Assembly (NCBI GenBank): GCA_965371225.1
Contig: CBDUXP010000004.1
Coordinates: 58,624 to 122,623 of the forward strand
Length of the DNA stretch: 64,000 bases
Direction of reading: 5' to 3'
Origin: an uncultured bacterium
GTDB lineage: Bacteria; Abyssobacteria; SURF-5; CBDUXP01
Positions within the stretch are counted from its first letter, which is position 1, and each line of letters opens with the position of its first letter. Below the pieces are notes generated by a model. It saw only the letters and a list, made by a program, of their open reading frames with translations, did no database searches and was not told where the DNA came from. This document shows positions 38,790 through 51,350 of this stretch, piece by piece. The position numbers were made by a program, and so were the translations under genes.

Positions 38790-40349
38790 CTATTCCCACT
38801 CGATGGTCGCGGGGGGTTTCGAACTCACGTCGTACACCACCCGGTTGATGCCCGGCACCTCATTGATGATGCGATTGCTGATGCGGCCCAGCACGTCGGC
38901 GGGCATGGGATACCAATCCGCGGTCATGCCGTCGTGACTCGTGACGCAGCGCACCACCGCCGCCTCCTCGTACGTGCGGTAGTCGCCCATGACGCCCACG
39001 CTGCGCACCGGGAGCAGCACCACCAGGGCCTGCCAGATCTCGCGATACAGCCCCGCCGCCGTAATCTCCTCGATGGCGATGGCGTCCGCTTGGCGGAGCG
39101 TTTCCAGCCGCTCGGGGGTGATGCTGCCGAGGCACCGGACGGCGAGACCCGGCCCGGGGAACGGGTGTCGCCACACCAGGTGGTCCGGCAGCCCCAGTTC
39201 GATCCCCACCGCGCGGACTTCGTCCTTGAACATCTCGCGCAGCGGCTCCACCAGGGCGAACTCCATATCATCGGGCAGGCCACCCACATTGTGGTGCGAC
39301 TTGATCACGGAGGACGGCCCCCGCACGGACACCGACTCGATCACGTCGGGATACAGCGTCCCCTGCGCCAAAAACTCGAAGCGGCCCAGGTCCGCGGCGG
39401 CTTCCTCGAACACGCGGATGAATTCCCGCCCGATCACCTTCCGCTTCTCTTCCGGATCCTGTACGTCCCGCAGCTTGCCCACGAACCGATCCACGGCATC
39501 GACCACCGTCAACTTGATGTGGAACGCCTCGCGGAAGACCGTTTCCACGAGGTCGCCCTCGCCGAGGCGCAGCAGGCCCGTGTCCACGAACACGCAATGC
39601 AGTTGGTCCCCGACCGCCCGGTGCACGAGCGCGGCGGTGACGGCGGAATCCACCCCGCCACTCAGCCCGCACAGCACGCCCCGGTCCCCCACCTGGGTGC
39701 GCACGCGCGTCACGGCGTCCGCAATCATGGACCCCGGGGTCCACGTGGGGGCGCACCCGCAGATACGGAAGGCGAAGTTCTCCAGGATGGTGGCCCCGTG
39801 CTGGGTGTGTGTCACTTCCGGATGAAACTGGATGCCGAACATCCGGCGCTGGGGATCGCCGACCGCACAGAGGCCGGAGTTCGCGCTCTGCCCGATGCAC
39901 GCGAATCCGGCCGGCAGGCCCTCGACGCCATCCCCGTGGCTCATCCAAACGGTGCTCTCCGCCGGCAGCCCGGCGAACAGCGGCGAGCCCGCGCCGTGCG
40001 TCAGTTGGGCTTTTCCGAATTCCCGCCGTTCGTTCGGCGCGATGGCGCCGCCGAAGTGGTGCGCGATCACCTGATGGCCGTAACAGATGCCGAGGATGGG
40101 CACGCCCATGTCGTAGACGGCGGGATCGGGCCGGGGGGCGGCGCCCTCGATGACGCTGGCCGGCCCTCCGGAGAAAACGATGCCCGCCGGTGCGCGGGCG
40201 TGGAGCGTCGCCGCGTCCGCGGTGCACGGCAGAATGTCGCAGAAGACGTGGCTCTCGCGAATGCGGCGGGCGATGAGCTGCGTAGTTTGCCCGCCGAAGT
40301 CGAGGACGACGATTCCGCCCGGGTGGGGATCGGCAGGCGGCGCGGTCAT
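38790..40349 (-). CDS. guaA: GMP synthase
   Basis: [25 protein letters not shown]. Confidence 0.98.
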   Translation of the reverse strand: MTAPPADPHPGGIVVLDFGGQTTQLIARRIRESHVFCDILPCTADAATLHARAPAGIVFSGGPASVIEGAAPRPDPAVYDMGVPILGICYGHQVIAHHFGGAIAPNERREFGKAQLTHGAGSPLFAGLPAESTVWMSHGDGVEGLPAGFACIGQSANSGLCAVGDPQRRMFGIQFHPEVTHTQHGATILENFAFRICGCAPTWTPGSMIADAVTRVRTQVGDRGVLCGLSGGVDSAVTAALVHRAVGDQLHCVFVDTGLLRLGEGDLVETVFREAFHIKLTVVDAVDRFVGKLRDVQDPEEKRKVIGREFIRVFEEAAADLGRFEFLAQGTLYPDVIESVSVRGPSSVIKSHHNVGGLPDDMEFALVEPLREMFKDEVRAVGIELGLPDHLVWRHPFPGPGLAVRCLGSITPERLETLRQADAIAIEEITAAGLYREIWQALVVLLPVRSVGVMGDYRTYEEAAVVRCVTSHDGMTADWYPMPADVLGRISNRIINEVPGINRVVYDVSSKPPATIEWE

Positions 40350-40376
40350 GTGCGCGGAGAGTCGGCAGAGCGGCGG

Positions 40377-41873
40377 TTACACGGATCGGGTGTAATTCGG
40401 CGCCTCCTTCGTGATCACCACGTCGTGGGGGTGGCCTTCTTGCAGTGCGGCAAAGGTCTGGCGCACGAAGCGCGCCTTCTCCCGAAGTTCCGCCAGGTCG
40501 CGCGCGCCCACGTACCCCATCCCCGAGCGGAGCCCGCCCACAAGCTGGAAGACCTTATCGCTCACCTTGCCGCGGAACGCCACGCGCCCCTCGATGCCTT
40601 CCGGAACGAACTTGGAGCTGGCGTCGCTCCCGTCACGGAAATTGTGCTTTTCCCCGTCCTGGAAATACCGGTCCGCGCTGCCGTCCTTCATGGCGCCGAT
40701 GGAGCCCATGCCGCGATACATCTTGTAGCCGCGCCCTTCGTAGAACACCATCTCGCCGGGGCTCTCTTCGGTCCCGGCGAAGAGGCTCCCGGTCATCACG
40801 GTATGCGCGCCGGCCGCCAGGGCTTTCACGATGTCCCCGGACCAACGGATGCCCCCGTCCGCGATCACCGGCACCCCGGTGTCCTTCGCCGCCGCCGCGC
40901 AATCCCAGATCGCCGTGAGCTGCGGGACGCCGACGCCCGCCACGATGCGCGTCGTGCAGATGGAGGCTGGGCCCACCCCCACCTTGATCGCGTCCGCGCC
41001 CACCTCGATCAGGTCTAGCGTGGCCTCCCCCGTGACTACGTTGCCGGCAACCAGGTCCACCTCGCGGAACGCGAGTTTCAGCTCGCGCACGGTCTCAAGC
41101 ACACGAATGTTGTGGCCGTGTGCGGTATCCACGACGAGCACGTCCACGTCCGCCGCCACGAGCGCCTGCGCCCGCTCCATGGCATCCACCCCCACGCCTA
41201 CCGCCGCTCCGACGCGCAGGCGCCCCCGGTCATCCTTCGCGGCTTGCGGGAAATCCTGCGCCTTGCGGATGTCCTTGATGGTAATCATGCCGCAGAGTTT
41301 CCCGGCGTCATCCGTGACCAAGAGTTTTTCGATGCGGTGCTCGTGCAGCAGGCGCTTGGCGTCGTCCAGCGTGGTGCCGGGCCGCACGGTGATCAAGTGC
41401 TCTTTGGTCATCACGTCGCCGATGCGTTGGTCCCACTCGGTTTGGAAACGCAGGTCGCGGTTCGTGATGATCCCGACGAGCGTCCCGCCGTTGTGCGTGA
41501 TGGGAATGCCGCTGATGTGATAGCGGCCCATCAATTCCTCCGCCTCGCGAACGGGGCGGTCGGGAGTCAGGGTGATCGGGTCGTTGATGACCCCACTCTC
41601 GGAGCGCTTCACCCGGTCGACTTCGTGGGCCTGCTGCTCGACGGTGAGGTTCTTATGGATGATGCCGATGCCGCCTTCCTGGGCCAGGGCGATGGCCAGT
41701 CGGGCTTCGGTCACCGAATCCATCGCGGCGCTGGCGAGCGGCGTCGTCAGGACCACGTTGCGCGTGAACCGCGTACTGACGTCTACGTCCGCCGGCAGCA
41801 CTTCCGACCGGCCGGGCACCAGGCTGACATCGTCGAAGGCCAGCCCTTCCTTGAACAAGTCGGCTTCGGGCAT
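40377..41873 (-). CDS. guaB: IMP dehydrogenase
   Basis: CBS pair, [19 protein letters not shown]. Confidence 0.98.
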   Translation of the reverse strand: MPEADLFKEGLAFDDVSLVPGRSEVLPADVDVSTRFTRNVVLTTPLASAAMDSVTEARLAIALAQEGGIGIIHKNLTVEQQAHEVDRVKRSESGVINDPITLTPDRPVREAEELMGRYHISGIPITHNGGTLVGIITNRDLRFQTEWDQRIGDVMTKEHLITVRPGTTLDDAKRLLHEHRIEKLLVTDDAGKLCGMITIKDIRKAQDFPQAAKDDRGRLRVGAAVGVGVDAMERAQALVAADVDVLVVDTAHGHNIRVLETVRELKLAFREVDLVAGNVVTGEATLDLIEVGADAIKVGVGPASICTTRIVAGVGVPQLTAIWDCAAAAKDTGVPVIADGGIRWSGDIVKALAAGAHTVMTGSLFAGTEESPGEMVFYEGRGYKMYRGMGSIGAMKDGSADRYFQDGEKHNFRDGSDASSKFVPEGIEGRVAFRGKVSDKVFQLVGGLRSGMGYVGARDLAELREKARFVRQTFAALQEGHPHDVVITKEAPNYTRSV

Positions 41874-41938
41874 GATTGGCTGATCGCTCCTTGCGTCCCG
41901 GGGCCGCCTCTACGCTACCTCCGGGAATTTAGCCGCCT

Positions 41939-41967
41939 AGGATACTCCCGACCGAAGCGAAACTCAA
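41939..41967 (-). promoter_or_regulatory. Sigma70 promoter of guaB
   Basis: TTGAGT-17-TATCCT. Confidence 0.6.
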
Positions 41968-41969
41968 GC

Positions 41970-42007
41970 AAAAAAGGCCGCGCCCCTGCCAGGAATGGCC
42001 AGGGGCG
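41970..42007 (-). terminator. Intrinsic terminator after groEL
   Basis: CGCCCCT..AGGGGCG stem followed by a T6 tract on the minus strand. Confidence 0.65.
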
Positions 42008-42039
42008 TTGCAGCAGTCGTTCGGCGAGCCGGGCGGGTG

Positions 42040-43692
<1,653 letters not shown>

Positions 43693-43980
43693 CTAGGTGC
43701 GCGTTGCCAGGAGATCGATCTCCCGAAGAATCAAGTAGTCCGTGTCGCCGATGTTGACTTCAGTGCCGGAGTACTGGGCGAATAGCACGTGGTCCCCCTT
43801 CTTCACGGACATCTCTGCGCGCTTGCCGGTGTCCAACCGGCGCCCGGGGCCCACCCACTTGACCACCGCCTCTTGCGGTTTCTCCTTGGCGGTGTCCGGC
43901 AATACCAGACCGCCACGTGTGGTCTTCTCCGCCTCAACCACTTGAACAATGATGCGGTCACCTAACGGACGCATTTTCAC
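43693..43980 (-). CDS. groES: Co-chaperonin GroES
   Basis: PLGDRI, GGLVLPD.AKEKP, VG.G; GAGGAGG RBS before GTG 43980. Confidence 0.95.
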   Translation of the reverse strand: MKMRPLGDRIIVQVVEAEKTTRGGLVLPDTAKEKPQEAVVKWVGPGRRLDTGKRAEMSVKKGDHVLFAQYSGTEVNIGDTDYLILREIDLLATRT

Positions 43981-44125
43981 CGGGGTATTCCTCCTCACCG
44001 ACCCGCGGGCCGGCCACCAGTCCTCGTGGAGGCGGCTCCCATGGCGCCTCCGGGGGTGCGATGCGCTCTTGACCTGAAACCGGTGCGGGCGCGTTCGGGC
44101 GTAGTCAGAACTATCGCAGCAGCGG

Positions 44126-44156
44126 AGGATAACACACGTTCAGGCCTGACTGTCAA
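44126..44156 (-). promoter_or_regulatory. Putative groES promoter
   Basis: TTGACA and extended -10 TGnTATCCT (19-nt spacer); no CIRCE seen. Confidence 0.5.
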
Positions 44157-44199
44157 CATTATCGGCGCGCGGGCCCGCGCCGTCGCCACCGGGCGGAGG

Positions 44200-45087
44200 T
44201 TAGCCGAGACTGCGGACGGGGCCGCGCGCCTGCCCTTCCAGGGGCCGCAAGGCATCGGCAAGGGCTACAAACTCCTCGAAGGCGAGCGTCTCCCCACGAC
44301 GTTGGTGATCCAGGTTGACAGTCGCCAGGGCGGCGAGCACGTCGGGCTTGGACAGGCCGACGAGCGGACCCGCCGTGAGCGCATTGCGCAGGGATTTGCG
44401 CCGCTGGCCGAACGCGGCCTTCACCACGCGGAAGAACCAGGCCCGGTCTGCCGCGGGCACGCGGGGTTCGTGCCGGCGCAGGTGCACAATGGCGGATTCG
44501 ACTTTGGGCCGCGGCTTGAACGCCGTCCGTGACACGTAATGTGCGATGGAGGTCCGCGCGTAACAGCGTGTCGTCACCGTCAGGACGCTGTAGCTCTTCT
44601 CGCCGGGACCCGACACAAGGCGCTCGGCGACTTCCCGCTGCACCATAACCGTCAAGGAGTGGAACGGCGCGGGTGTCTCCAAGAAGGCCGTGAGAATCGG
44701 GGACGTAATGTAGAAGGGCAGATTCGACACCATCTTGATGGGGCGGTCCGCCGCGAGGTAGCGCGTCGTCAGTTCGCCCACGTCGTACACGAGAACGTCG
44801 CCGATGAAGAGGCGCACGGCGGCCCGGTCTGCAAACCGCTCGCACAAGACGGGAGCGAACGCCGGATCGATCTCGACGGCGAAGACGGTGTCCGCGTAAT
44901 CGGCCAGCACCGCGGTAAGATCGCCGATACCCGCACCCACCTCGAACACTTGATCGTCCGGCCCCAGCCCGGCCACCTCGGCCATCTTCCGGTTGATGTT
45001 GGGGTCGAGCAGGAAATTCTGGCCCAGCCGCTTCTTGAAGCGCAGGCCGTACTTCTGCCAGAGATCACCCGGCCGGAGTTCCGGCAT
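44200..45087 (-). CDS. rsmA: 16S rRNA dimethyltransferase KsgA
   Basis: KKRLGQNFL, EVGAG.G.LT, NLPFYI, MVQREVA.R. Confidence 0.96.
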   Translation of the reverse strand: MPELRPGDLWQKYGLRFKKRLGQNFLLDPNINRKMAEVAGLGPDDQVFEVGAGIGDLTAVLADYADTVFAVEIDPAFAPVLCERFADRAAVRLFIGDVLVYDVGELTTRYLAADRPIKMVSNLPFYITSPILTAFLETPAPFHSLTVMVQREVAERLVSGPGEKSYSVLTVTTRCYARTSIAHYVSRTAFKPRPKVESAIVHLRRHEPRVPAADRAWFFRVVKAAFGQRRKSLRNALTAGPLVGLSKPDVLAALATVNLDHQRRGETLAFEEFVALADALRPLEGQARGPVRSLG

Positions 45088-46033
45088 GGACAAATCGGGC
45101 GGCGAGCAGCACCGCGGTTTTGAGGCTGGTGGGATCGGCAGTGCCCCGGCCCGCAAGATCGAACGCGGTGCCGTGGTCCACGGAGGTCCGCACGTATGGC
45201 AGCCCGAGCGTGACATTTACTCCGCTGTTGAACGCGACGAGCTTGAACGGCGCCAGGCCCTGGTCGTGGTACATGGCCACAGTGGCATCGAAATCGCCCC
45301 GGCCCGCCCGCATGAATGCCGTGTCGGCCGGCAGCGGTCCTTCCACGTGCACACCGCCGGCGCGCGCCCGTTCCACTGCCGGGGCAATGACGGCCGTATC
45401 CTCGGCGCCAAACAGGCCATCCTCCCCCGCGTGCGGGTTCAGCCCACACACGCCCAGACGTGGGGCCGCCACATCCAGTACGCGCAGGACCGCCGCGGTG
45501 CGCTCGATCGTAATGCCGACCCGTTCGTGCGTCAGGCGCCGGGGCACCTCGCTCAGGGGACAATGGACGGTGACGAGTGATACGCAAAGCTGCGGACTCC
45601 AGAAGAACATGGTGGGCTCGGGCACGCCCACACGTTCACCGAGGTATTCCGTGTGGCCGACGAAGGCGGGATGCCCCGCCTGGTGCACGGCCGCTTTGCT
45701 CACCGGGCCGGTGACGATGCCCACCACGGTGCCGGCTTCCGCCAGGTCGGCGGCCGCGGCCAGCGTGGCCATGGCCCACGCTCCCCCCGCGGCGCTGGCG
45801 CGGCCCACCTCCGGCACGTCCACATCCGGGCACCGCACTTCGTGGATCTCGATACCCTGCCCGGCGCCCCGTGCCCCCACCGTGTCCTGCGCGCGCTCGA
45901 GGGCCCAACGCGGGCCCACGACCACCAGATCTATCGCGGCCCGCACGTCCGGGTCGTTGCTTACGCGGGCCACCACTTCGGGTCCAATGCCGGCCGGGTC
46001 GCCGAGAGTCAGGGCGAGGCGGGGCCGGGTCAC
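45065..46033 (-). CDS. pdxA: 4-hydroxythreonine-4-phosphate dehydrogenase
   Basis: GDPAGIGPE, GHTEYL, NPHAGE, MYHDQG, RTSVDHGTA. Confidence 0.95.
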   Translation of the reverse strand: MTRPRLALTLGDPAGIGPEVVARVSNDPDVRAAIDLVVVGPRWALERAQDTVGARGAGQGIEIHEVRCPDVDVPEVGRASAAGGAWAMATLAAAADLAEAGTVVGIVTGPVSKAAVHQAGHPAFVGHTEYLGERVGVPEPTMFFWSPQLCVSLVTVHCPLSEVPRRLTHERVGITIERTAAVLRVLDVAAPRLGVCGLNPHAGEDGLFGAEDTAVIAPAVERARAGGVHVEGPLPADTAFMRAGRGDFDATVAMYHDQGLAPFKLVAFNSGVNVTLGLPYVRTSVDHGTAFDLAGRGTADPTSLKTAVLLAARFVHAGTPAG

Positions 46034-46374
46034 GGAGGTGGGGGCGCGGCTTGAGGGGCCAAGGCGGCCACGTGCTCGTCGACGATGGCCTTGGGCACCC
46101 GGCGCAAGAACGCCTGGCAACCGAACACGAGCACGGTGAAGTCGTCGACCAGCCCCAAGGGGCCGAACACCGCGGCGGGCAGGAAGTCGACGGGTGAGAT
46201 TACATAGGCGAGGGTGCCCAGCAGGATAAGGCGCGGGAACCAGCGGGTGCGGCGGTCCCAGAAGACGCGCCAAAACAGCCGGAGCATGGTGGGGAGGCGG
46301 CGCAGCAGCATCAGGAACGTGGCGGGGTTGCGCGAGAACGCCCCGACGGTGGCGCCGAGGGTTTCCCGCCTCAT
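46030..46374 (-). CDS. YkvA/DUF1232 membrane protein
   Basis: Y.ISP.D..P......G..DD motif. Confidence 0.85.
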   Translation of the reverse strand: MRRETLGATVGAFSRNPATFLMLLRRLPTMLRLFWRVFWDRRTRWFPRLILLGTLAYVISPVDFLPAAVFGPLGLVDDFTVLVFGCQAFLRRVPKAIVDEHVAALAPQAAPPPP

Positions 46375-47123
46375 GTGAGACTCCCCTCCGCGCACAGCGC
46401 GCGGACGCGTTCGAGGTCTTCCGCGGTCTCCACGTGCATGGGTTCGTAATCGGTTACCGCAACCGCAATGTGCTCGCCGTGTTCCAAGGCCCGTAACTGT
46501 TCCAGCCGTTCCTGGCGTTCCCCGGGTGTCCGTGGCAGTTGCGGGTAACGCAACAGGAACTCGCGCCGAAAGCCGTAGAGGCCGATGTGTTGGTAAAAGC
46601 GCGGGACGTCGGCAGCCGTCTCGAACTCCTCCCGCGTGGCATGCGGGATCGGACTCCGGGAAAAGTACACCGCCTCGCCCGCCGTATTCACGACCACCTT
46701 CGCGGTGTGCGGGCTGATGAAATCATCCCACCGGCGGCAGGGATGCACCAGCGTCCCCATGTTCACGTCCGGCCGCTGTTGCATCAACGCGATGAGCAGG
46801 TCGATGGCCGCCGGCTGAATGAACGGCTCGTCCCCCTGCACGTTGATCACCCATTCGGTCTCGAGGGTTGCGGCGACCTCCGCGCACCGATCCGTGCCCG
46901 ACGGATGCTCGGCCCGCGTCATGACCACGTCGACGCCGTGCGCCGTGCAGGCGTCGACGATGCGGGCGTCATCGGTCGCGACGAGGACCGTCTCCGCCAG
47001 GGAGCACTGCTGCGCCCGCCGGGCGCAGCGCACGACCATGGGCAAGCCGCCGATGTCGGCGAGAGCCTTCGCCGGCATGCGCGTCGACGCGTAGCGCGCC
47101 GGAATGACGATCGCGACTCCCAT
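46371..47123 (-). CDS. kdsB: CMP-Kdo synthetase
   Basis: IPARY.STR.P.K.L, SGTDR, NVQGDEP, YFSR, E.LEQLR. Confidence 0.96.
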   Translation of the reverse strand: MGVAIVIPARYASTRMPAKALADIGGLPMVVRCARRAQQCSLAETVLVATDDARIVDACTAHGVDVVMTRAEHPSGTDRCAEVAATLETEWVINVQGDEPFIQPAAIDLLIALMQQRPDVNMGTLVHPCRRWDDFISPHTAKVVVNTAGEAVYFSRSPIPHATREEFETAADVPRFYQHIGLYGFRREFLLRYPQLPRTPGERQERLEQLRALEHGEHIAVAVTDYEPMHVETAEDLERVRALCAEGSLT

Positions 47124-47127
47124 GGCG

Positions 47128-48240
47128 TCAGCCGTCGCGCCCAAGAGCGCGGGCGTACGTGCGGAGCGTGCCGTCCACCATGCAGTCGGCTGTGACGTGG
47201 CGCAGTGCCCAGGCGCGGGCCGCCTGCGCCATCGTTTTGGCGGTGTCGGGGGCTTCCAGCATGTCGCAAATGGCGGCGGCGAGCGCGACCGGGTCTTCTT
47301 TCGCCGCGACGCGGCCCGTGGTGCCGTCCTCGATCAATTCGGGGAGTCCGCCGGCGTCGGTCACGACGCTGGGCCGCGAGAGAAAGATGGCATCGATCAC
47401 GCTCGTATTGAGGCCTTCCAGGTGCGAGGGCATGACGTACAGGTCGCACACGGCCGTGATGGCGAGGTAATCCTCGCGAAAACCCGCGAAAAGTATAGCA
47501 TCGGCTACGCCCCGGTCCCGCGCCTGCTGTCGCAGGGGCTCCTGCAAGGGGCCCTCGCCCACGAAGACGAACCGGGCGGATGGATGGCGTTGCAGGACTG
47601 CGGGAATGGCATCCACGAGAAACCGGTGCCCTTTATGGCCCACGAGCGCCGCTACAGTAACGATGACCGGGCCTTGCGGCCGGATGCCGAACGTCCCGGC
47701 GAAGTCCAGGGGCTTCGTGGCTTCCGCGCGATGCGGATCCAGCCCGCTCAGCACCACGTCGATACGGTCCGGGCAGACGCCGTCAGCGATCATGACGCGG
47801 CGCACGGCCTCGCTGATCGCGATGTAGCGATCCACGCGCGTGCGGTACTTCCAGAGCGCCACGCGCAGGGGCAGTTTGTGGATACTGAAATCGACGCGCC
47901 GCGACACGATCAGCTTCGGTTCCGGCTTGCCCAGGCAGGCCAGCACGCCGTGCATGTGGGTGTGCGACGTATGACAGTGCACAATGTCGGGGCGCCGCTC
48001 GGCGATCCGGCGGCGCAGGGTGAACACCGCCTGGGGAGACAGCTCCCCGCGGCTGGGCACTTCCAAGACTTCGATCCCCGCGGCGAAGGCGTGCTCACTC
48101 AGCGTGCTCCGCGGCTGCGCCACCAGGACGGCCTCATGTCCGCGGTCGCGTAGGCCGCTCAGCAGCGTCAGGACTTGCTGTTCGCCGCCGCGCCAGCCGC
48201 GCAGCTCGTTCAGGTGGAAGCTCCGGATGGGAACGGGCAT
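47128..48240 (-). CDS. GT4 glycosyltransferase
   Basis: WRGGEQQ, KGH, PS..EGL motif. Confidence 0.9.
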   Translation of the reverse strand: MPVPIRSFHLNELRGWRGGEQQVLTLLSGLRDRGHEAVLVAQPRSTLSEHAFAAGIEVLEVPSRGELSPQAVFTLRRRIAERRPDIVHCHTSHTHMHGVLACLGKPEPKLIVSRRVDFSIHKLPLRVALWKYRTRVDRYIAISEAVRRVMIADGVCPDRIDVVLSGLDPHRAEATKPLDFAGTFGIRPQGPVIVTVAALVGHKGHRFLVDAIPAVLQRHPSARFVFVGEGPLQEPLRQQARDRGVADAILFAGFREDYLAITAVCDLYVMPSHLEGLNTSVIDAIFLSRPSVVTDAGGLPELIEDGTTGRVAAKEDPVALAAAICDMLEAPDTAKTMAQAARAWALRHVTADCMVDGTLRTYARALGRDG

Positions 48241-48257
48241 GGCCGATGCGCGAGCCC

Positions 48258-49394
48258 CTAGCGGGGGGCCCCCGAGGCCTGTGCGGACACGGCGGGCTCG
48301 CCCGAGGCGATCCGGTGGTACAACCGGCGGGTGGCGATGGCGGTGCGCTGCCACGTGAAGTCCCGCGCCCGTTCCAAGCCGCTTTGGATGGCGTGTACGC
48401 GCCAGGCTTCGTCGGTCATGAGTCGGCGCAGCCCGTCCGCGATGGCATCGACATCCGTGGGATCCACGGTGAGCAGTGCCTCGCCCCCAATCTCCGGCGA
48501 CGAGCTGCGGTTGCCCGCGAGCACTGGACACCCAGATGCCATGGCTTCCAGGATCGGCAGGCCGAACCCTTCATACAGGCTGGGAAACGCGAGGGCCGAC
48601 GCGGCTGCGTAGAGTGCAGGCAGGTGTCCGGATTCCAGGTAGGGAAAACGCAGGATGCGCTCGCGCAGGGGAGATCGCTCGACGACCGCCTCGGCTTCTT
48701 CGCTGCCGTAACCGCCGTGGCCGACCAGCACAAGATGCAAGTCAGGATCCAGGTCCGGCGCGGCCCGTTCGAAGGCCTGCACGAGCCGGATCACGTTCTT
48801 GCGGCGATCCATGCGGCCGAGGAAGAGTACGTAGTGTTCGGGAATGGGGTACCACTCCCGCACCCGGTCGATTTCCGAAGCGGCTTCCGGCTCGTAGGCA
48901 TCCGCCACGCCGAGGTAGATCACCACGAGCTTCTCCGGCGGCGCGTCCAGGTGTGTGCGCAGGTCGGCCGCGGTACTTTCCGAGATACAGATGATGGCGG
49001 CGGCGCGTTCCAGGGCGCGCTGGTACTGCGCCAACTTCTTCTTGCGAAAGGTCGGGTTGGCAAACTCGTCCGACACCACGGAGAAGACGTCGCAGATGGT
49101 GGCGACCACGGGCGTCTTGCGCCAGCGCGGTACCCGCACGTCCAGGCCGTGAAACAGGTCTAGCCGCCCCGCGCGGAAGGGGCGCAAGGGAGGTTGCCAC
49201 ACGGCGCGCCGGACGTGGCTGGGGAGGTCCTCCGTAATCCCGAAGCGCCGCTTGTGCCGGGAGAGTCGCCAACACACGATGTATTCCTCGCCCGGAGGAG
49301 CGACCGCCAGTTGCGCCACGAGACTGCGGATGTATTGGGCGATACCCGTGCCGCCGACGGTGGCGGCGGAGGAACAATCGAGTCCGATGCGCAG
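48258..49394 (-). CDS. GT4 glycosyltransferase, probable CTG start
   Basis: FPSLYEGFGLP.LEAMA.G, RKN; conserved N-terminus RIGLD...TGI..Y lies upstream of the first GTG (49319). Confidence 0.88.
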   Translation of the reverse strand: MRIGLDCSSAATVGGTGIAQYIRSLVAQLAVAPPGEEYIVCWRLSRHKRRFGITEDLPSHVRRAVWQPPLRPFRAGRLDLFHGLDVRVPRWRKTPVVATICDVFSVVSDEFANPTFRKKKLAQYQRALERAAAIICISESTAADLRTHLDAPPEKLVVIYLGVADAYEPEAASEIDRVREWYPIPEHYVLFLGRMDRRKNVIRLVQAFERAAPDLDPDLHLVLVGHGGYGSEEAEAVVERSPLRERILRFPYLESGHLPALYAAASALAFPSLYEGFGLPILEAMASGCPVLAGNRSSSPEIGGEALLTVDPTDVDAIADGLRRLMTDEAWRVHAIQSGLERARDFTWQRTAIATRRLYHRIASGEPAVSAQASGAPR

Positions 49395-49398
49395 AGGA

Positions 49399-50217
49399 TC
49401 AACCCTCCGCGGCGGCCGCGTCCGCTTGGTGGAGACCCGCCTCGCAGTACGCGGGGCGCGCGCGCCCGCCCCACGCGTAGGTTTTATTCCGCAGGTCGGC
49501 CTTGCTCTCGTGTGGCGCGTGCCAGATGTGGTACACCACCGCGCGGTTCACGATCGGATACGGCCGCACGCCTACCCGCTTGAGGCGCTCGCGCAGGTCC
49601 CCGTCTTCGTTGCCCCAGCCGACGAACTGCTCGTCGTACCCGTTGACGCGGCGGTAGTCGTCCAGAAACAGCGAGAAATTGTTGCCCCGTACCCGAGGCT
49701 TCCGCCGCTGCCGCAGCCAGGTATAAAGGATGGCGCGCCGCTGCAGGGCGTCCAACGTGCGCTGAGCGTCCGGCGTGCGGGCGTCTTCGTACCGGCCGGC
49801 GCGAACGGCGTCCAGCGTCAACGCGTCGGTGACGTCCTGGGGTAAGCGGAGGCACTCGCCGAGGACCAGCCGACCGGGCGCCGCCGCGGCCACGTGTTCG
49901 GCCAGGAGGGACGCGTGCGGCAGGCTGTCGCAATCCGTGACGAGCATATAAGTGTTCCGCACCAGCCCGATGCCCAGGTTCACGGTGGCGGCCTTGCGGA
50001 AGCCGGCGTTGGCGTGCCGCGCATAGCGCACGGGATACGGCAGCGTCGGGGCCAGGCGCTGCACCATGGCCTCCGTGTCGTCCGTCGACCCGTCATCCGC
50101 CACAATGAATTCGAAGTCGGTCACCGTCTGCCGCGTGTACGCAACCAGCACCTTTTCCAGGGACAGCGCGCGATTCCACGTCGTACAGACGATAGACAGG
50201 GGAAGGGCCTCAGCCAT
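49399..50217 (-). CDS. GT2 glycosyltransferase
   Basis: ADDGS, D.D, VNGYDE.F.GWG.ED. Confidence 0.9.
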   Translation of the reverse strand: MAEALPLSIVCTTWNRALSLEKVLVAYTRQTVTDFEFIVADDGSTDDTEAMVQRLAPTLPYPVRYARHANAGFRKAATVNLGIGLVRNTYMLVTDCDSLPHASLLAEHVAAAAPGRLVLGECLRLPQDVTDALTLDAVRAGRYEDARTPDAQRTLDALQRRAILYTWLRQRRKPRVRGNNFSLFLDDYRRVNGYDEQFVGWGNEDGDLRERLKRVGVRPYPIVNRAVVYHIWHAPHESKADLRNKTYAWGGRARPAYCEAGLHQADAAAAEG

Positions 50218-51346
50218 GGGCCACCGCTTCATACACGGCCCGGACGGTCGCGGCCTGGCGGTGCAGCGCGAACCGCTCGCGCCCCACGCGCCGGGCCCGC
50301 TCTTGCAAGGCCCGGCGCAGGTGGGTGTCCGTAGTCAGGCGTACGATGGCCTCGGCGAGGTTCGGCGCTGAGTCCTCAATGACCAACCCCGTCTGCCCGT
50401 CGTCCACCAGCCAGGGCAGGATGCCGCGCGCCGCCGCTAACACGGGAACGCCCAGAGCGAGGGCCTCCCGGACGGTGCGGCACGTGCCGTCGCTCCCCGG
50501 CACCAGGAAGATGAGCACGTCCATTGCGGCCAGCGCGGCCACGTACTCGTCGGCTTCCAGATAACCGGCGGTGTGTACGCGATCGCTGAGCCCCATTCGG
50601 CGGACGGGCCGGTGCACCACTTCCTCTTCCCGCGTGCCGCGCCCCACGAACACCAGCCGCGCTTGGGGGGCCGCCGCGCTCGCCGTCCGAAATGCCTCAA
50701 GGAGCACGTCGAAGCGCCGGTACGGCTGCATCCGCGCCACCACGCCGAACACGATGTGGTCTGTGTCGAGGCCCCAGGCTGTCCGGGGGTCGGGCAGGGG
50801 CCGGCTCACATCGAAACGCGTCGTGTCCACGGCGCCATCGACCACATGGAGCCGGTCCGCGGAGAGCAACCCACGATTCACCACGTGCGCCCGCATCGGT
50901 TCCGCGGGGACGCATAGGGCGTCCGTCCAATGCCCGACCGCAAAGCCGTTCAACCAGGAACCATTCAGCTGTGCGCCGTCGTACACCGAGCGGACGATGG
51001 GCACCGGAACCTTGGCCCAGCGCCGGGCCAAGCCGGCCGTGCAGTGATCCACGGGCTGATGGGTGTGCAACAGATCGTACCGGCCGGCGCGTAACTCGTT
51101 CGCGAGGACCCGGGCATCGCGCATGAGCGTGAGCGGTTGTGGGTGTTTGGGGAGGTGCAGATCGGTGCGCACCGTGAGGCCCCGCGCGCGGGCTTCACTA
51201 GCCATGCGGTGGGGAGTGCGGTTGCCGGCGGCGGCGCAGGCGAACGTGATCTCGAGACCGGCCGCCTGTAGTCCGGCGGCAAGCTGGGCAGCGGGCTCGG
51301 CCGGGCCGGTCCAGCGTTTGTTGCTGAACAGATGGAGCACGCGCAC
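50210..51346 (-). CDS. GT4 glycosyltransferase (divergent catalytic motif GSDGTCRTVRE)
   Basis: GT-B pattern, WTGPAEP N-terminus, E.V.DG.TG-like region. Confidence 0.8.
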   Translation of the reverse strand: MRVLHLFSNKRWTGPAEPAAQLAAGLQAAGLEITFACAAAGNRTPHRMASEARARGLTVRTDLHLPKHPQPLTLMRDARVLANELRAGRYDLLHTHQPVDHCTAGLARRWAKVPVPIVRSVYDGAQLNGSWLNGFAVGHWTDALCVPAEPMRAHVVNRGLLSADRLHVVDGAVDTTRFDVSRPLPDPRTAWGLDTDHIVFGVVARMQPYRRFDVLLEAFRTASAAAPQARLVFVGRGTREEEVVHRPVRRMGLSDRVHTAGYLEADEYVAALAAMDVLIFLVPGSDGTCRTVREALALGVPVLAAARGILPWLVDDGQTGLVIEDSAPNLAEAIVRLTTDTHLRRALQERARRVGRERFALHRQAATVRAVYEAVAHG

Positions 51347-51350
51347 GGCG

